Shown here piece after piece: positions 11,863 through 21,732 of a stretch of DNA of 64,000 nucleotides. The position numbers and the translations under genes were made by a program. The notes beneath the pieces were generated by a model, which was not told the origin of the DNA, made no database searches, and saw only the letters and a program-made list of their open reading frames with translations. The number at the start of each line of letters is the position of its first letter. The first letter of the stretch is position 1. Source of the DNA: Gemmatimonadota bacterium (GTDB taxonomy: Bacteria > Gemmatimonadota > Gemmatimonadetes > Gemmatimonadales > GWC2-71-9); the NCBI GenBank assembly GCA_036679645.1, contig JAZDCY010000063.1, positions 1 to 64,000 on the forward strand, in the 5' to 3' direction.

Positions 11863-13298
11863 ACGTGCACTCCTGCGTCGTCCGATACTTCATATGATAC
11901 GAGCGACTCGAGCAGCGGATCGAGCGTCTCTTCGATGAATTCAGTGACCTGGACCGGCGCACGGCCCACGTAGCGCATCGGATCCAGCTCGGCGCGCAGG
12001 GCCGCGGCATCGACCGCCGCGAATGCCGCGTCTGACGCGAGCCGTTCGAGTAGCGTATTCGGCTCTCCCCGATCGATGCCCTCCGCTACCTCCCACGCGT
12101 GGAGTCGGATCACCTCGTGCAGCGTCTGCCGGTCGCCCCCCGCCTGCACCCCCAACATCAGCCATCGTTCGGTGGCCATGAACGGCATGACCCGCTCGAC
12201 GTTGCGTTGTACCGTCGCCGCACGCACATCGAGGCCCGCAGCGACGTTGGTGGCGAGGACCAGGAGCGCATCGGTCGCCAGGGCGGCTTGCGGAAGGACC
12301 AACCGCCGATTGGCGCTGTCATCCAGCGTCCGTTCCAACCATTGGGTCGCCGCAGTGTGGCCCGTATTCTCCCGTAGGGTCAGTACGTACCGCGCCAGCG
12401 CGCACATCCGCTCCGCCCGCATCGGGTTGCGCTTGTACGGCATCGCGCTGGATCCAACCTGTTCCGTTTCCGCCGGCTCGAGTACTTCCCCTTCGTGCTG
12501 GAGCAAACGCAGGTCGTGTCCCAACTTGCCGACGGATTGTGCGATACCCGCCCACGCATCCAGGATACGTGAGTCCACCTTGCGCGAGTACGTCTGCCCT
12601 GACACGGGCACCGACACGTCGAAGCCGAACGCCGACGCCAGACGACGGTCGAGTTCGCGGACCTTATCGTGTGCGCCACCGAACAGCGCCAGGAAACTCT
12701 CCTGTGTGCCGGTAGTTCCCTTGCAGCCGCGAAACGGCAGTGTCGCGGCCAGCGTATGCAGCTGCTCCGCATCCTGCGCAAAATCGTACGCCCACAAGAC
12801 GGCGCGTTTCCCCACGGTGGTCAGCTGCGCCGGCTGAAAATGGGTGTACGCCACGGTGGGAAGATCTCGATGTCGCAGCGCCTGCTCGCGCAACGCTCGC
12901 AGCACAGCGACCAGCCGCCCCAACAAGATGCGCACGGCGTCCCGGAGCACGATCAGGTCGGCATTGTCAGTGACGAAGCAGCTGGTTGCACCGAGATGGA
13001 TGATGGGCCGGGCAGCCGGTGCCTGGTCGCCAAGATGATGGACATGCGCCATAACGTCGTGGCGCAACCGTCGCTCGTACGTGCGCACCGCGTCGAGGTC
13101 GGTATCGTCGAGGTGGGCTCGCATCTGGGAGATGGCTTCGCCCGGTATCTCCAGGCCGAGGTCGCGCTGCGCTTCGGCCAGAGCGAGCCAGAGCCGGCGC
13201 CACAGCTGCGCCCGATACGCGGGGCTCCACAGGCGGAGCATCGTCGGCGAGGCGTAGCGCGTGGCCAGCGGCGATTCGTAACGTTCGGACTGGCTCAT
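11859..13298 (-). CDS. purB: Adenylosuccinate lyase
   Basis: [35 protein letters not shown]. Confidence 0.97.
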   Translation of the reverse strand: MSQSERYESPLATRYASPTMLRLWSPAYRAQLWRRLWLALAEAQRDLGLEIPGEAISQMRAHLDDTDLDAVRTYERRLRHDVMAHVHHLGDQAPAARPIIHLGATSCFVTDNADLIVLRDAVRILLGRLVAVLRALREQALRHRDLPTVAYTHFQPAQLTTVGKRAVLWAYDFAQDAEQLHTLAATLPFRGCKGTTGTQESFLALFGGAHDKVRELDRRLASAFGFDVSVPVSGQTYSRKVDSRILDAWAGIAQSVGKLGHDLRLLQHEGEVLEPAETEQVGSSAMPYKRNPMRAERMCALARYVLTLRENTGHTAATQWLERTLDDSANRRLVLPQAALATDALLVLATNVAAGLDVRAATVQRNVERVMPFMATERWLMLGVQAGGDRQTLHEVIRLHAWEVAEGIDRGEPNTLLERLASDAAFAAVDAAALRAELDPMRYVGRAPVQVTEFIEETLDPLLESLVSYEVSDDAGVHV

Positions 13299-14683
13299 CG
13301 GACCCTAAAATCCGTGTACCGGATACGCTGACCGCGCTCGAAATACATGCGGACGCCGCCGCCGCCGCGAATGGCGGCCGCGACTGCGGCCTCCACGTCG
13401 CTCGCAGCCTTGATCCCATGCCGGTTGATCTGCCGAATGACGTCGCCCTCCCGCAGACCGGTCGTACGGCTCGTGCGCTCCCCAATCGCATAGATCAACG
13501 CCCCCTCACGGCTCGCGATCCCGCGCTCCTGCCGTACGGCGGCGTCGAGGCTGATGAGCTGGATATCCCCCAACACGTCGACCTTTTCGGCACGAGCCGA
13601 CGGCAACTCCGCGACAACCAGCTCGCTCGCGCGTTGGCGGCCGGCGCGACGGAACGCGATAGCGATCGTGTCGCCCGGTGCGATATCGAGCTTCACCGCC
13701 TCCCAATCGAGAAACGTCCGTAGCGTGTGACCCGACGCCGTAAGCAGGACGTCGCCCGAGCGCAGACCGGCCCGGTCAGCCGGACTCCCGTCGGTGACCG
13801 CGGTAACCGCCAGTCCTCCCTGCCGGCGCCAGTCCCGCATGGCCTCCGAGCCCGCAACGTCCACGCCGGTCCATGCTCGACGGACCTCGCCGAATTCCAC
13901 CAGGTCCTGCGCTATGCGCATGGCGCGCTCTATGGGTATCGCGAAGCCGAGACCCGCCGATGCGCCGGACGCGGAGAGAATTGAGCTGTTGACCCCAATC
14001 ACCTCACCCACGGCGTTCACCAGCGGGCCACCTGAATTCCCCGGATTGATCGCGGCATCTGTCTGGATCATACCGACGTAGATACCCGACTGGTCACGCG
14101 TTGGCACGATGTTGCGACCGACGCCGGACACTACACCAGCGGTGACGGTGGGCTCGGTGTTACCCAGCGAGTAGCCGTAAGGATTACCGATCGCGACCAC
14201 CCACTCCCCAATCGCGAGGTCGTCGCTGTGCCCAATCGCCGCCGTGGCGAGGTCATCTCCCTCGATGCGCAGGACGGCAATGTCCGAGAGGGGATCCTCT
14301 CCCAGCAGCGTCGCCGTGTACTCCCTGCCATCCCGTGTGGTCACGACGATCTGGTCCGCCCCCTCGATGACGTGCTGATTGGTGATGACCAACCCGTCCA
14401 TGGAGACGATGAACCCCGAGCCGAGGCCCTGCACGGTCCGCTCGCGCGGCGTGAAGAAGAAGTTGAACGGATCGACTGGCTGCCGTGCCCGCCGCACGAC
14501 GTTGACGCTCACGACCGCCGGGGACGCCCGCTCGGCGGCCGTGACGATTGCCGAGCGGCGGGAGGTGTCGATCGCGGCACTGCGTTGGGTTTGAGTGGCC
14601 TGCGCGAGCGCCGGCGGCGCGTCGTAGGCCGCGCCGCCGCACGCCGCTGCAACCAGGAGGAAGAAGGTCAGCGCGCTCCTCAC
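13295..14683 (-). CDS. HtrA/DegP-family serine protease with two PDZ domains, lipoprotein signal
   Basis: GLGSGFIV, TNQHV, SDIAVL, TDAAINPGNSGGPL; LLVAAAC signal. Confidence 0.93.
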   Translation of the reverse strand: MRSALTFFLLVAAACGGAAYDAPPALAQATQTQRSAAIDTSRRSAIVTAAERASPAVVSVNVVRRARQPVDPFNFFFTPRERTVQGLGSGFIVSMDGLVITNQHVIEGADQIVVTTRDGREYTATLLGEDPLSDIAVLRIEGDDLATAAIGHSDDLAIGEWVVAIGNPYGYSLGNTEPTVTAGVVSGVGRNIVPTRDQSGIYVGMIQTDAAINPGNSGGPLVNAVGEVIGVNSSILSASGASAGLGFAIPIERAMRIAQDLVEFGEVRRAWTGVDVAGSEAMRDWRRQGGLAVTAVTDGSPADRAGLRSGDVLLTASGHTLRTFLDWEAVKLDIAPGDTIAIAFRRAGRQRASELVVAELPSARAEKVDVLGDIQLISLDAAVRQERGIASREGALIYAIGERTSRTTGLREGDVIRQINRHGIKAASDVEAAVAAAIRGGGGVRMYFERGQRIRYTDFRVR

Positions 14684-15348
14684 ACCTCGACCTTCGGCCG
14701 GTGCGCGATCTTGCTCCAGTCGTTGAGGAACTTGTCGAGTCCCCGGTCGGTGAGTGGGTGGAGCAGCAACTTCCGCAGCACGTCCGTCGGGAGCGTCACG
14801 ACATCGGCGCCCAGGAGCGCCGCCTCGACCACGTGGCGCGGATTGCGAATCGATGCGGCCAGCAGCTGCGTCTCCATGCCGTAGTTGTCGAAAATGACCC
14901 GCGTCTCCCGCACGACGTCCATGCCATCGTGACTCACGTCATCGAGCCGGCCCAGGAAGGGCGAGACATACGTCGCGCCGGCCTTCGCCGCAATCAGACA
15001 CTGCATAGAGCTAAAGCACAGCGTCACGTTGACCTTGATCCCGTCTTGGGCCAGCCGCCGCACGGCCGGGAGACCGTCTTCGATCATGGGGATCTTGACG
15101 ACGATGTTATCTGCGACCTTCGCAAGCGTGCGGCCTTGGTCGTACATCTCGTCCGCCTGGACGGCTATCACTTCCGCACTGATCGGCCCATCTACCAGGG
15201 AGCAGATCTCCCTGAGGATATCCGTCGGGTCGAGGTCACCGGCCACCTTCGCGAGGAGCGACGGGTTGGTGGTAACGCCGTCGATCAGCCCGACCCGCGC
15301 CGCCCAACGGATCTCCGAGAGGTCCGCCGTGTCGAGGAAGAATTTCAT
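14680..15348 (-). CDS. tal: Transaldolase (short TalC/FSA family)
   Basis: FLDTA, GVTTNPSL, VVKIP; Glu in SAEV and Phe in SPF indicate transaldolase rather than FSA chemistry. Confidence 0.85.
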   Translation of the reverse strand: MKFFLDTADLSEIRWAARVGLIDGVTTNPSLLAKVAGDLDPTDILREICSLVDGPISAEVIAVQADEMYDQGRTLAKVADNIVVKIPMIEDGLPAVRRLAQDGIKVNVTLCFSSMQCLIAAKAGATYVSPFLGRLDDVSHDGMDVVRETRVIFDNYGMETQLLAASIRNPRHVVEAALLGADVVTLPTDVLRKLLLHPLTDRGLDKFLNDWSKIAHRPKVEV

Positions 15349-16121
15349 GCGCTCAGATCCTTGTCGAAGTCCGGGTAACGTACGCCCACGAGGTACAATC
15401 CCTCCGGCGGCGCCGGCGGGCTGGCATCCTGGTTGTCCGTGGTCTCGAGCAGCCGCGCAATGTCCTCCGTCGTGCGCCGACCCAACGCCACATCGACGCT
15501 CGCGCCAACGAGAAACCGTACCATGCGGTGCAAGAAGCGATCTGCCTCAACCCGAAAAGTAAATCCTTCGCCGTTCGGGCGCTCCCGCCATTCTGCCACG
15601 GCCAGATGACACCGGTAGTGTGGCTTCTCCTGGCCGGTAGCGGAGAACGCGCGGAAGTCATGCTCGCCCCGAAAAAGCGCGGCTGCCGCAGCAAGGGCAC
15701 CTGCGTCGAGCGGCCGCCCGAGGGCCCACTCGTAGGGTCGCCTGAACGGAGAGAACGAGGCTGCATCGCAACCGACCACGTAGCGATAGCTACGGGCGGT
15801 GGCGCGCTTCCGCGCGTGGAACCCGGCGGGCGCAACGGCTACGGTGGAGACCCACACATCGGCCGGGAGAAGCGCATTGAGCGCGCGGCCGAGTTCATTG
15901 TGCTGCCATGCCTTCTGCATCTCGAACGAGACGACCTGCGCAAGGGCGTGGACCCCGGCATCTGTTCGGCCCGCCGCATGCGTGGTCACGTGACAGCCTT
16001 CGACCCGCTCCAGGACCTTCTCGAGTTCGCCCTGAACCGTGCGATGGGCGGGCTGCCGCTGCCAGCCAGCGAAATCGCGGCCGACATATTGGAGAATCGC
16101 GTACCAGGGATGCCCGGCCAT
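15345..16121 (-). CDS. truA: tRNA pseudouridine(38-40) synthase
   Basis: FAGWQRQ, AGRTDAGVHA, FHAR, GEHDFRAF, FLHRMVR, APPEGLYL. Confidence 0.96.
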   Translation of the reverse strand: MAGHPWYAILQYVGRDFAGWQRQPAHRTVQGELEKVLERVEGCHVTTHAAGRTDAGVHALAQVVSFEMQKAWQHNELGRALNALLPADVWVSTVAVAPAGFHARKRATARSYRYVVGCDAASFSPFRRPYEWALGRPLDAGALAAAAALFRGEHDFRAFSATGQEKPHYRCHLAVAEWRERPNGEGFTFRVEADRFLHRMVRFLVGASVDVALGRRTTEDIARLLETTDNQDASPPAPPEGLYLVGVRYPDFDKDLSA

Positions 16122-16129
16122 GCGCGGGC

Positions 16130-16210
16130 AAGATAGGAAGGCCGGAAGCTAGCAGCAAGCGGCACAACAGCTTGCAGGAATTGACAATGGCACCGCCCGG
16201 TCCCTACGAT
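16130..16210. promoter_or_regulatory. Divergent sigma70-type promoters for truA and trpD (leaderless or near-leaderless)
   Basis: Minus strand TTGCTG(16158-53)-N17-TATCTT(16135-30)-N8-ATG; plus strand TTGACA(16181)-N18-TACGAT(16205)-N9-ATG; no SD before either start. Confidence 0.6.
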
Positions 16211-16219
16211 TGCCATCTC

Positions 16220-17269
16220 ATGACAGAGTCGAACTCGCCCACCACTCCACCCGAGCCGTTGTTGCACGCGCTCCAGAAGCTCTCGAGCGGCGAACGTCTC
16301 GGCGAGACACGCGTCACCGACGCGCTCCACTGCCTCATGACGGGCGAGGCAACTCACGCGCAGGCGGCGGGACTTCTCATGGGCATGCGCGCGCTTGGCG
16401 AGACGGGCGAGGAGTTGGCAGGCGCGGTGCGTGCGCTCCGCGCGGTGATGCGCGCGGTTCAGCTACACGAGCCCGGCCCGGTGGTCGACACCTGCGGCAC
16501 GGGAGGCGGCCGTATTCCGACATTCAACGTATCGACCGCCGCAGCGATCGTAGTGGTGGGCGGCGGTGTGAAGGTCGCCAAGCATGGCAACCGTTCTTAC
16601 ACATCAAAGTGTGGTTCGGCGGACGTGCTCGAGGCTCTCGGCGTGGAAATCGCGACCGACCCGACCCGTGCAACCGAACTTCTCACCTCCCGCGGGCTGG
16701 CCTTCCTCTATGCACCCGCGTTTCACCCGGCCATGAAACACGTGGCACCGGTGAGGCGAGAGCTGGCTGTACCGACGGTAATGAACCTCGTTGGGCCGCT
16801 GGCGAACCCGGCCGGTGTACGGCGCCAGGTGGTCGGCGTCGCCGACCCAGATCGGGCACCCGTGGTCGCAGATGCGCTCGCCCGACTCTCGACCGAGCAC
16901 GCGCTCGTCGTGCACGGCGAGGTTGGAATGGACGAGATTGCCCCGCACGGCCTTACGGCGGTCTGGGAAATCAGGGGTAGTGAAGTCACCAGGTGGAAGA
17001 TCGATCCGGCATCATTGGGCCTCGCCGCCGCCGACCTTTCTGCTCTCGCCGGTGGGGAGCCAAACGAAAACGCTCGTCGTATCGAGACGTTGCTCGCTCG
17101 CCCCAACGCCGATCCTGCGGGGCGCGCTGTCGTCGCGCTCAATGCGGGTGCGGCGCTCTACGTTGCCGGCGTTGCCACGTCGTACGCAGAGGGCGTTGAG
17201 CAGGCCCTGGCAGTACTAGATACGGGAAAGGGGGCGGGGGCTCTGGAGCGTATTCGGGGGAGAGGCTGA
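16220..17269 (+). CDS. trpD: Anthranilate phosphoribosyltransferase
   Basis: VDTCGTGG, FNVST, KHGNRS, GSADVLE, NLVGPLANP, GMDEI; ATG at 16220. Confidence 0.96.
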   Translation: MTESNSPTTPPEPLLHALQKLSSGERLGETRVTDALHCLMTGEATHAQAAGLLMGMRALGETGEELAGAVRALRAVMRAVQLHEPGPVVDTCGTGGGRIPTFNVSTAAAIVVVGGGVKVAKHGNRSYTSKCGSADVLEALGVEIATDPTRATELLTSRGLAFLYAPAFHPAMKHVAPVRRELAVPTVMNLVGPLANPAGVRRQVVGVADPDRAPVVADALARLSTEHALVVHGEVGMDEIAPHGLTAVWEIRGSEVTRWKIDPASLGLAAADLSALAGGEPNENARRIETLLARPNADPAGRAVVALNAGAALYVAGVATSYAEGVEQALAVLDTGKGAGALERIRGRG

Positions 17270-17270
17270 C

Positions 17271-17338
17271 GATTTGAGATTAGTGATTCGAGATTGGCAG
17301 CGGTCAAATCACAAATCACCAATCAGCAATCGCAAATC
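17271..17338. repeat. Inverted heptamer tandem arrays (GATTnnn)4/(nnnAATC)5; probable bidirectional terminator
   Basis: GATTTGA GATTAGT GATTCGA GATTGGC - loop - tcaAATC acaAATC accAATC agcAATC gcaAATC, between convergent trpD and lexA. Confidence 0.75.
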
Positions 17339-17945
17339 AGTACTTTCTAATAACGCCCACCACGACTCCCTGCACGAGCACATCGTCTTCATGTACCCGT
17401 ATAGGCCGCACCCGATCGTTGGCCGGCTGGAGGCGGACCCAGCCACCCGCTTCCCGGTAGATGCGTTTTACGGTAGCGGATGTGCCCTGGATGAGCGCAA
17501 CGACCATTTCGCCGTCGTCCGCAGACTGCCGATTGTGCACCACCACGTAGTCGCCGTCTTCGATGTGGTCGTCGATCATCGATTCGCCGTTGACGCGAAG
17601 CACGTAGCTCGAACCGCGGCGCGGAATGAGGTCGTTGGGAACGGCGATCGTCTCGTGCTCGGCAATGGCCTCGATGGGCTCACCAGCCGCAACCTGCCCG
17701 AGCAATGGAAGCTCGGTGGCACCAGTCTGCCCAGGGACGGGCATCAGCTCGATAGCCCGGCTCTCGTTGTGTGAGCGCCGGATGTATCCTTTGCGCTCGA
17801 GGTTGGTGAGATGCTCGTGGACAGTGGCGAGGGAACTGAACGTGAATTCCTCTGCGATCTCCTCGAACGACGGCGCGTAGCCGTTTGTCCTGATATAGCT
17901 TTCGAGGTAGTCGAGTATCTGCCGTTGGCGCCGAGTGAGCGGCAT
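17337..17945 (-). CDS. lexA: SOS repressor LexA
   Basis: MPLTRRQRQILDYL..GYAPSFEEI wHTH; VAAGEP cleavage site; GESM Ser and ATVK Lys dyad. Confidence 0.97.
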   Translation of the reverse strand: MPLTRRQRQILDYLESYIRTNGYAPSFEEIAEEFTFSSLATVHEHLTNLERKGYIRRSHNESRAIELMPVPGQTGATELPLLGQVAAGEPIEAIAEHETIAVPNDLIPRRGSSYVLRVNGESMIDDHIEDGDYVVVHNRQSADDGEMVVALIQGTSATVKRIYREAGGWVRLQPANDRVRPIRVHEDDVLVQGVVVGVIRKY

Positions 17946-17972
17946 TCGCCTCGCTCCAGAAGAGTGCCAGAA

Positions 17973-18020
17973 CCGAAAAAAGGCCGAAGTGAGTATACCC
18001 GAAAAGCTCCCGAACCGCAA
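17973..18020 (-). promoter_or_regulatory. lexA promoter overlapped by two TTCGG-N6-TTCGG direct-repeat operators (candidate SOS box)
   Basis: TTGCGG(18020-15)-N17-TATACT(17997-92); CCGAA on the plus strand at 17973, 17984, 17999 and 18010 (11-bp period pairs). Confidence 0.7.
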
Positions 18021-18029
18021 GGATACTGG

Positions 18030-18860
18030 GTGAGCCGCGAATCGCTCACCACCATTCTGACGGCCACACGGGAGCGGGTGGACCGGCTGCGGCCGCGGCT
18101 TGCGCAACTCCGGCACGCCGCGCGCGACGTACCACCGCCACCTTCCTGGACTGATGCCTTCGGCGCGCCCGACGTTTCCCTCATCGCGGAGATCAAGCGT
18201 CGGTCGCCGTCAGCGGGACCGATCGCGCCGTCCATAGACCCCGCGACCCACGCCCACGCTTACGCTCGCGGAGGCGCGCGCGCGATATCGGTACTTACCG
18301 ACACGCTGCATTTTGGCGGCACTCTGGACGACCTGATCGCGGTGCGTGGCGCGACGCCACTCCCGGTCCTGCGCAAGGACTTCATCCTCGATCCGGTCCA
18401 GCTCTACGAGAGCTGTGTCGCCGGGGCTAGTGCCGTGCTCCTGATCGTACGCGCACTCTCCGATGACCAACTTCAGGAACTCGCAGGTATGAGCGCGGAG
18501 CTGGGCCTGGCGCGGCTGGTCGAGGTTCACGACCACGAGGAACTCCGTCGCGCTGTGGCGGTGTCGCCGGACGCCATTGGCGTGAACAGCCGGGACCTCG
18601 AGACCTTCGCGGTCCATCTCGACGGCGTCGAAACGACATTGCGCCAGGTCCCGGAGCACATCCCGGCGGTCGTCGAAAGCGGAATTACCAATCGCGCGGA
18701 CGTCGAGCGGGTTGCGGGGTGGGGGGCGGACGCTATTCTGGTGGGAACCGTGTTGGCGGGCGCTGTTGATCCCGCTCGGGCAGCACGCGATTTCTGTGGC
18801 GTGCCCCGCATCGCCCGTAACACACCCCGACCCAAGGACACCGCCGGAGGCCAAGTGTGA
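18030..18860 (+). CDS. trpC: Indole-3-glycerol phosphate synthase
   Basis: [42 protein letters not shown]. Confidence 0.95.
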   Translation: MSRESLTTILTATRERVDRLRPRLAQLRHAARDVPPPPSWTDAFGAPDVSLIAEIKRRSPSAGPIAPSIDPATHAHAYARGGARAISVLTDTLHFGGTLDDLIAVRGATPLPVLRKDFILDPVQLYESCVAGASAVLLIVRALSDDQLQELAGMSAELGLARLVEVHDHEELRRAVAVSPDAIGVNSRDLETFAVHLDGVETTLRQVPEHIPAVVESGITNRADVERVAGWGADAILVGTVLAGAVDPARAARDFCGVPRIARNTPRPKDTAGGQV

Positions 18861-20053
18861 CCGCTCTCGAGGGCGCGGTACGTGAAGGACGCTTTGGACC
18901 GTTCGGGGGTCGATACGTACCCGAGACTCTGATCGCCGCGTTGGATGAGCTCACCGCGACGTACGACGCCGCGCGGGGCGACCCTGCTTTCCGGAGCGAG
19001 TTGGACGGACTGCTCTCGTCCTACGTCGGGCGACCGACACCGCTGACGGCGGCGCCGCGTCTTTCGGATGCCGCCGGCGCCCGTGTCTGGCTCAAGCGAG
19101 AGGATCTCTGCCACACCGGCGCGCACAAGATCAACAACACGATCGCCCAAGTGCTGTTGGCCCGGCGGATGGGCAAACACCGCATCATTGCCGAAACCGG
19201 TGCCGGCCAGCACGGAGTTGCGACATCCACCGCGTGCGCCCGATTCGGGCTCGAGTGCGTCATCTTCATGGGCGCGGAAGACATGGAGCGGCAGCGCCTG
19301 AACGTATACCGGATGGAGGTGTTGGGAGCGACGGTAATACCTGTGACATCCGGCACGCGTACGCTCAAGGATGCCACCAACGAGGCGCTCCGCGACTGGG
19401 TGACCAACGTGCAAACGACGCACTATATCATCGGGTCGGTCGTGGGCCCCGATCCGTTCCCGCGCCTCGTACGGGACTTCCAGAGCGTCATCGGGCGGGA
19501 AGCCCGCGAGCAGTTTCTCGTCGCTGAGGGCCGGCTGCCGGACACCGTTACAGCGTGTGTCGGTGGCGGGTCGAACGCGATGGGTATCTTCACAGCCTTC
19601 CTGGACGACGACGACGTTCGGCTCGTCGGCGTCGAGGCGGCTGGTGAGGGACTCGACACAGGCCGTCACGCGGCTTCCCTCAGCGCCGGCCGCCCCGGCG
19701 TGCTTCACGGCAGCCTCAGTTATCTTCTTCAGAATGCCGATGGCCAGGTGGCCCCAGCACACTCCGTTTCTGCCGGTCTCGATTACCCGGGGGTGGGACC
19801 AGAGCACGCCTACTTGCGGGAAACGGGGCGTGCGTCGTACGTCACCGTCACCGACAGCGAGGCGTTGGCGGCGTTCGAAGCACTCGGCCGGTTGGAGGGG
19901 ATTCTCCCGGCGCTGGAGACGGCGCACGCGGTGGCCTGGCTACTGCGGGAGGGACCGGGTGGAAACGCCGGTGATCTCGTGGTGCTCAATGTGAGTGGCC
20001 GAGGGGACAAAGACGTGGCACACGTTGCAGCGATCCGAGGGGACAAGGTGTGA
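18857..20053 (+). CDS. trpB: Tryptophan synthase beta chain
   Basis: [23 protein letters not shown] (PLP Lys), [20 protein letters not shown]. Confidence 0.98.
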   Translation: MTALEGAVREGRFGPFGGRYVPETLIAALDELTATYDAARGDPAFRSELDGLLSSYVGRPTPLTAAPRLSDAAGARVWLKREDLCHTGAHKINNTIAQVLLARRMGKHRIIAETGAGQHGVATSTACARFGLECVIFMGAEDMERQRLNVYRMEVLGATVIPVTSGTRTLKDATNEALRDWVTNVQTTHYIIGSVVGPDPFPRLVRDFQSVIGREAREQFLVAEGRLPDTVTACVGGGSNAMGIFTAFLDDDDVRLVGVEAAGEGLDTGRHAASLSAGRPGVLHGSLSYLLQNADGQVAPAHSVSAGLDYPGVGPEHAYLRETGRASYVTVTDSEALAAFEALGRLEGILPALETAHAVAWLLREGPGGNAGDLVVLNVSGRGDKDVAHVAAIRGDKV

Positions 20054-21732
20054 CCGACCCAACCGTCACCGATTCGGACACTGTCGATACTACCGCGGTA
20101 GAGGCGTTGCTGCAGTCCCTGCTCAAGGGAATGCGTGCGACGCAGCTCTACATGCCGAACAACCCCGTGTACCAGACCGCGATCGGGAACGTGCGTAAGG
20201 CATTCGCCCCCGTGTGGGAGGAGGTGGATGAGCTCGAACTCGTCGTACAGGAAAACGAGATCGTCTGGCAGGGTGAGCCCGTCTTGAGTCAGCCTCGCAA
20301 CGAGAGCCTCGCCTGGATGCTATTCAAGGACGGCCTGCGGTCGCTGACCATCGCGCGTGGCGCGGAGGACGACGAGATCCCGCACTTTCTGGATGTGCTG
20401 CAGCAGGCGCGCAACCTACCACCGGAAGCGGACGATGATCTGCTGACGCTGCTGTGGGAACAGAATTTCGAGTCCATCAAGTACGAGTTCGTCGAACTTG
20501 CCCCGGAGGACGCCGCACAGCTCACAAAGAGCGACGACGAGCCGCAACCGCCTGCCGCCGCGCCACGTCAGGTCGTGGAAGAAGAGCAGCAGGAGAACGA
20601 AACGCCACAGGGCGTGGTGAACCTCGAGGATTTCGATTCGACACTCTACTTCCTTGACGACACCGACATCGCGTACCTCAAGGCCGAGTTCGAGCGGGAG
20701 TACAACCAGGACCTGCGCGGCAACGTGCTGTCCGTCCTGTTCGACTTGTTCGAGCTCCAGACCTATCCCACGGTCCGCGCAGAGATCATCTCGATCATCG
20801 AGAACCTCATTCCCTATCTGCTGGGCGCCGGTGATTTCCGCTCGGTGGCGTACATTCTGCGGGAAAGCCGCGTCGTGCTGGATCGCGCCCGCGAGGTGCT
20901 TCCCGAACAGGCCGCATCGCTAAAGGAGCTACCCGCCCGCCTGTCCGAACCGGAGGCCATCACGCAACTTCTCCAGTCACTCGACGAGGCAGTGATTCAC
21001 CCAACAGAAGAGGAGTTGGGCTCACTATTCGGCGAGTTGCGCGGCGGCGTGCTCGAGACGGTGCTCGAGTGGCTGCCGCGCATGACCAACGAGCGGGTGC
21101 GCGATATCCTCGGGCTCTCGGTGCAGAGGATTGCCGCGCAGTATCCCGACGCTCTGGCCAAGGCGATGGGAAGCAATGACGATCATGTAGTCCTCGAGAC
21201 CGTTCGTCTGGCTGCCAAGCTGAAGCTACCGCCCGTCATCACCGCGTTGGGCAGCCTGCTCATTCGCGAAGGCACCTCCGAACTCAAGGTCGCGGTCGTC
21301 GATGCCTTGTCGGCAATCGGCTCCCCCGGAGCCATGCAGCAACTCGAGAAGGCCGTGTCCGACCAGCATCGCGATGTCCGCGTGGCCGCGGTTCGCGTGT
21401 TGGGGACGCGCGGCCATCGTGCCGTGTTCCCCAAGGTGGAGGCCACGGTGCTGGGGAAGGACCTCAAGGACTCGGACCTCACCGAGAAGATGGTCTTCTT
21501 TGAAGCGTACGGACGTCTCGCCGGCCCCGATGCGATCACGCACCTGAAGCCGATGCTTTCATCGGGCGGCTTCATGAAGAAGAAACCCGATGTCAATACC
21601 CGGGCCTGCGCCGCGATGGCGCTTGGGAAGATCGGCACGCCCGAAGCTCGCGAGCTGCTGGAGCGTGCGACACAAGACAAGGATCCGCTCGTGCGAAACG
21701 CGGTCAACAAGGCCCTCCGGGAGGCTAAGTGA
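20050..21732 (+). CDS. HEAT-repeat protein
   Basis: All-helical; C-terminal HEAT-like units ([41 protein letters not shown]); N-terminal LY.PNNP module also seen in the next gene. Confidence 0.8.
   Translation: MTDPTVTDSDTVDTTAVEALLQSLLKGMRATQLYMPNNPVYQTAIGNVRKAFAPVWEEVDELELVVQENEIVWQGEPVLSQPRNESLAWMLFKDGLRSLTIARGAEDDEIPHFLDVLQQARNLPPEADDDLLTLLWEQNFESIKYEFVELAPEDAAQLTKSDDEPQPPAAAPRQVVEEEQQENETPQGVVNLEDFDSTLYFLDDTDIAYLKAEFEREYNQDLRGNVLSVLFDLFELQTYPTVRAEIISIIENLIPYLLGAGDFRSVAYILRESRVVLDRAREVLPEQAASLKELPARLSEPEAITQLLQSLDEAVIHPTEEELGSLFGELRGGVLETVLEWLPRMTNERVRDILGLSVQRIAAQYPDALAKAMGSNDDHVVLETVRLAAKLKLPPVITALGSLLIREGTSELKVAVVDALSAIGSPGAMQQLEKAVSDQHRDVRVAAVRVLGTRGHRAVFPKVEATVLGKDLKDSDLTEKMVFFEAYGRLAGPDAITHLKPMLSSGGFMKKKPDVNTRACAAMALGKIGTPEARELLERATQDKDPLVRNAVNKALREAK

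Noticed and set aside
14680..15348. Fructose-6-phosphate aldolase (fsa)
   Set aside because: Has the Glu/Phe pair of transaldolases rather than the Gln/Tyr pair of FSA
17271..17338. CRISPR array or IS terminal repeats
   Set aside because: Units are 7 bp with no spacers, and no cas or transposase gene is nearby
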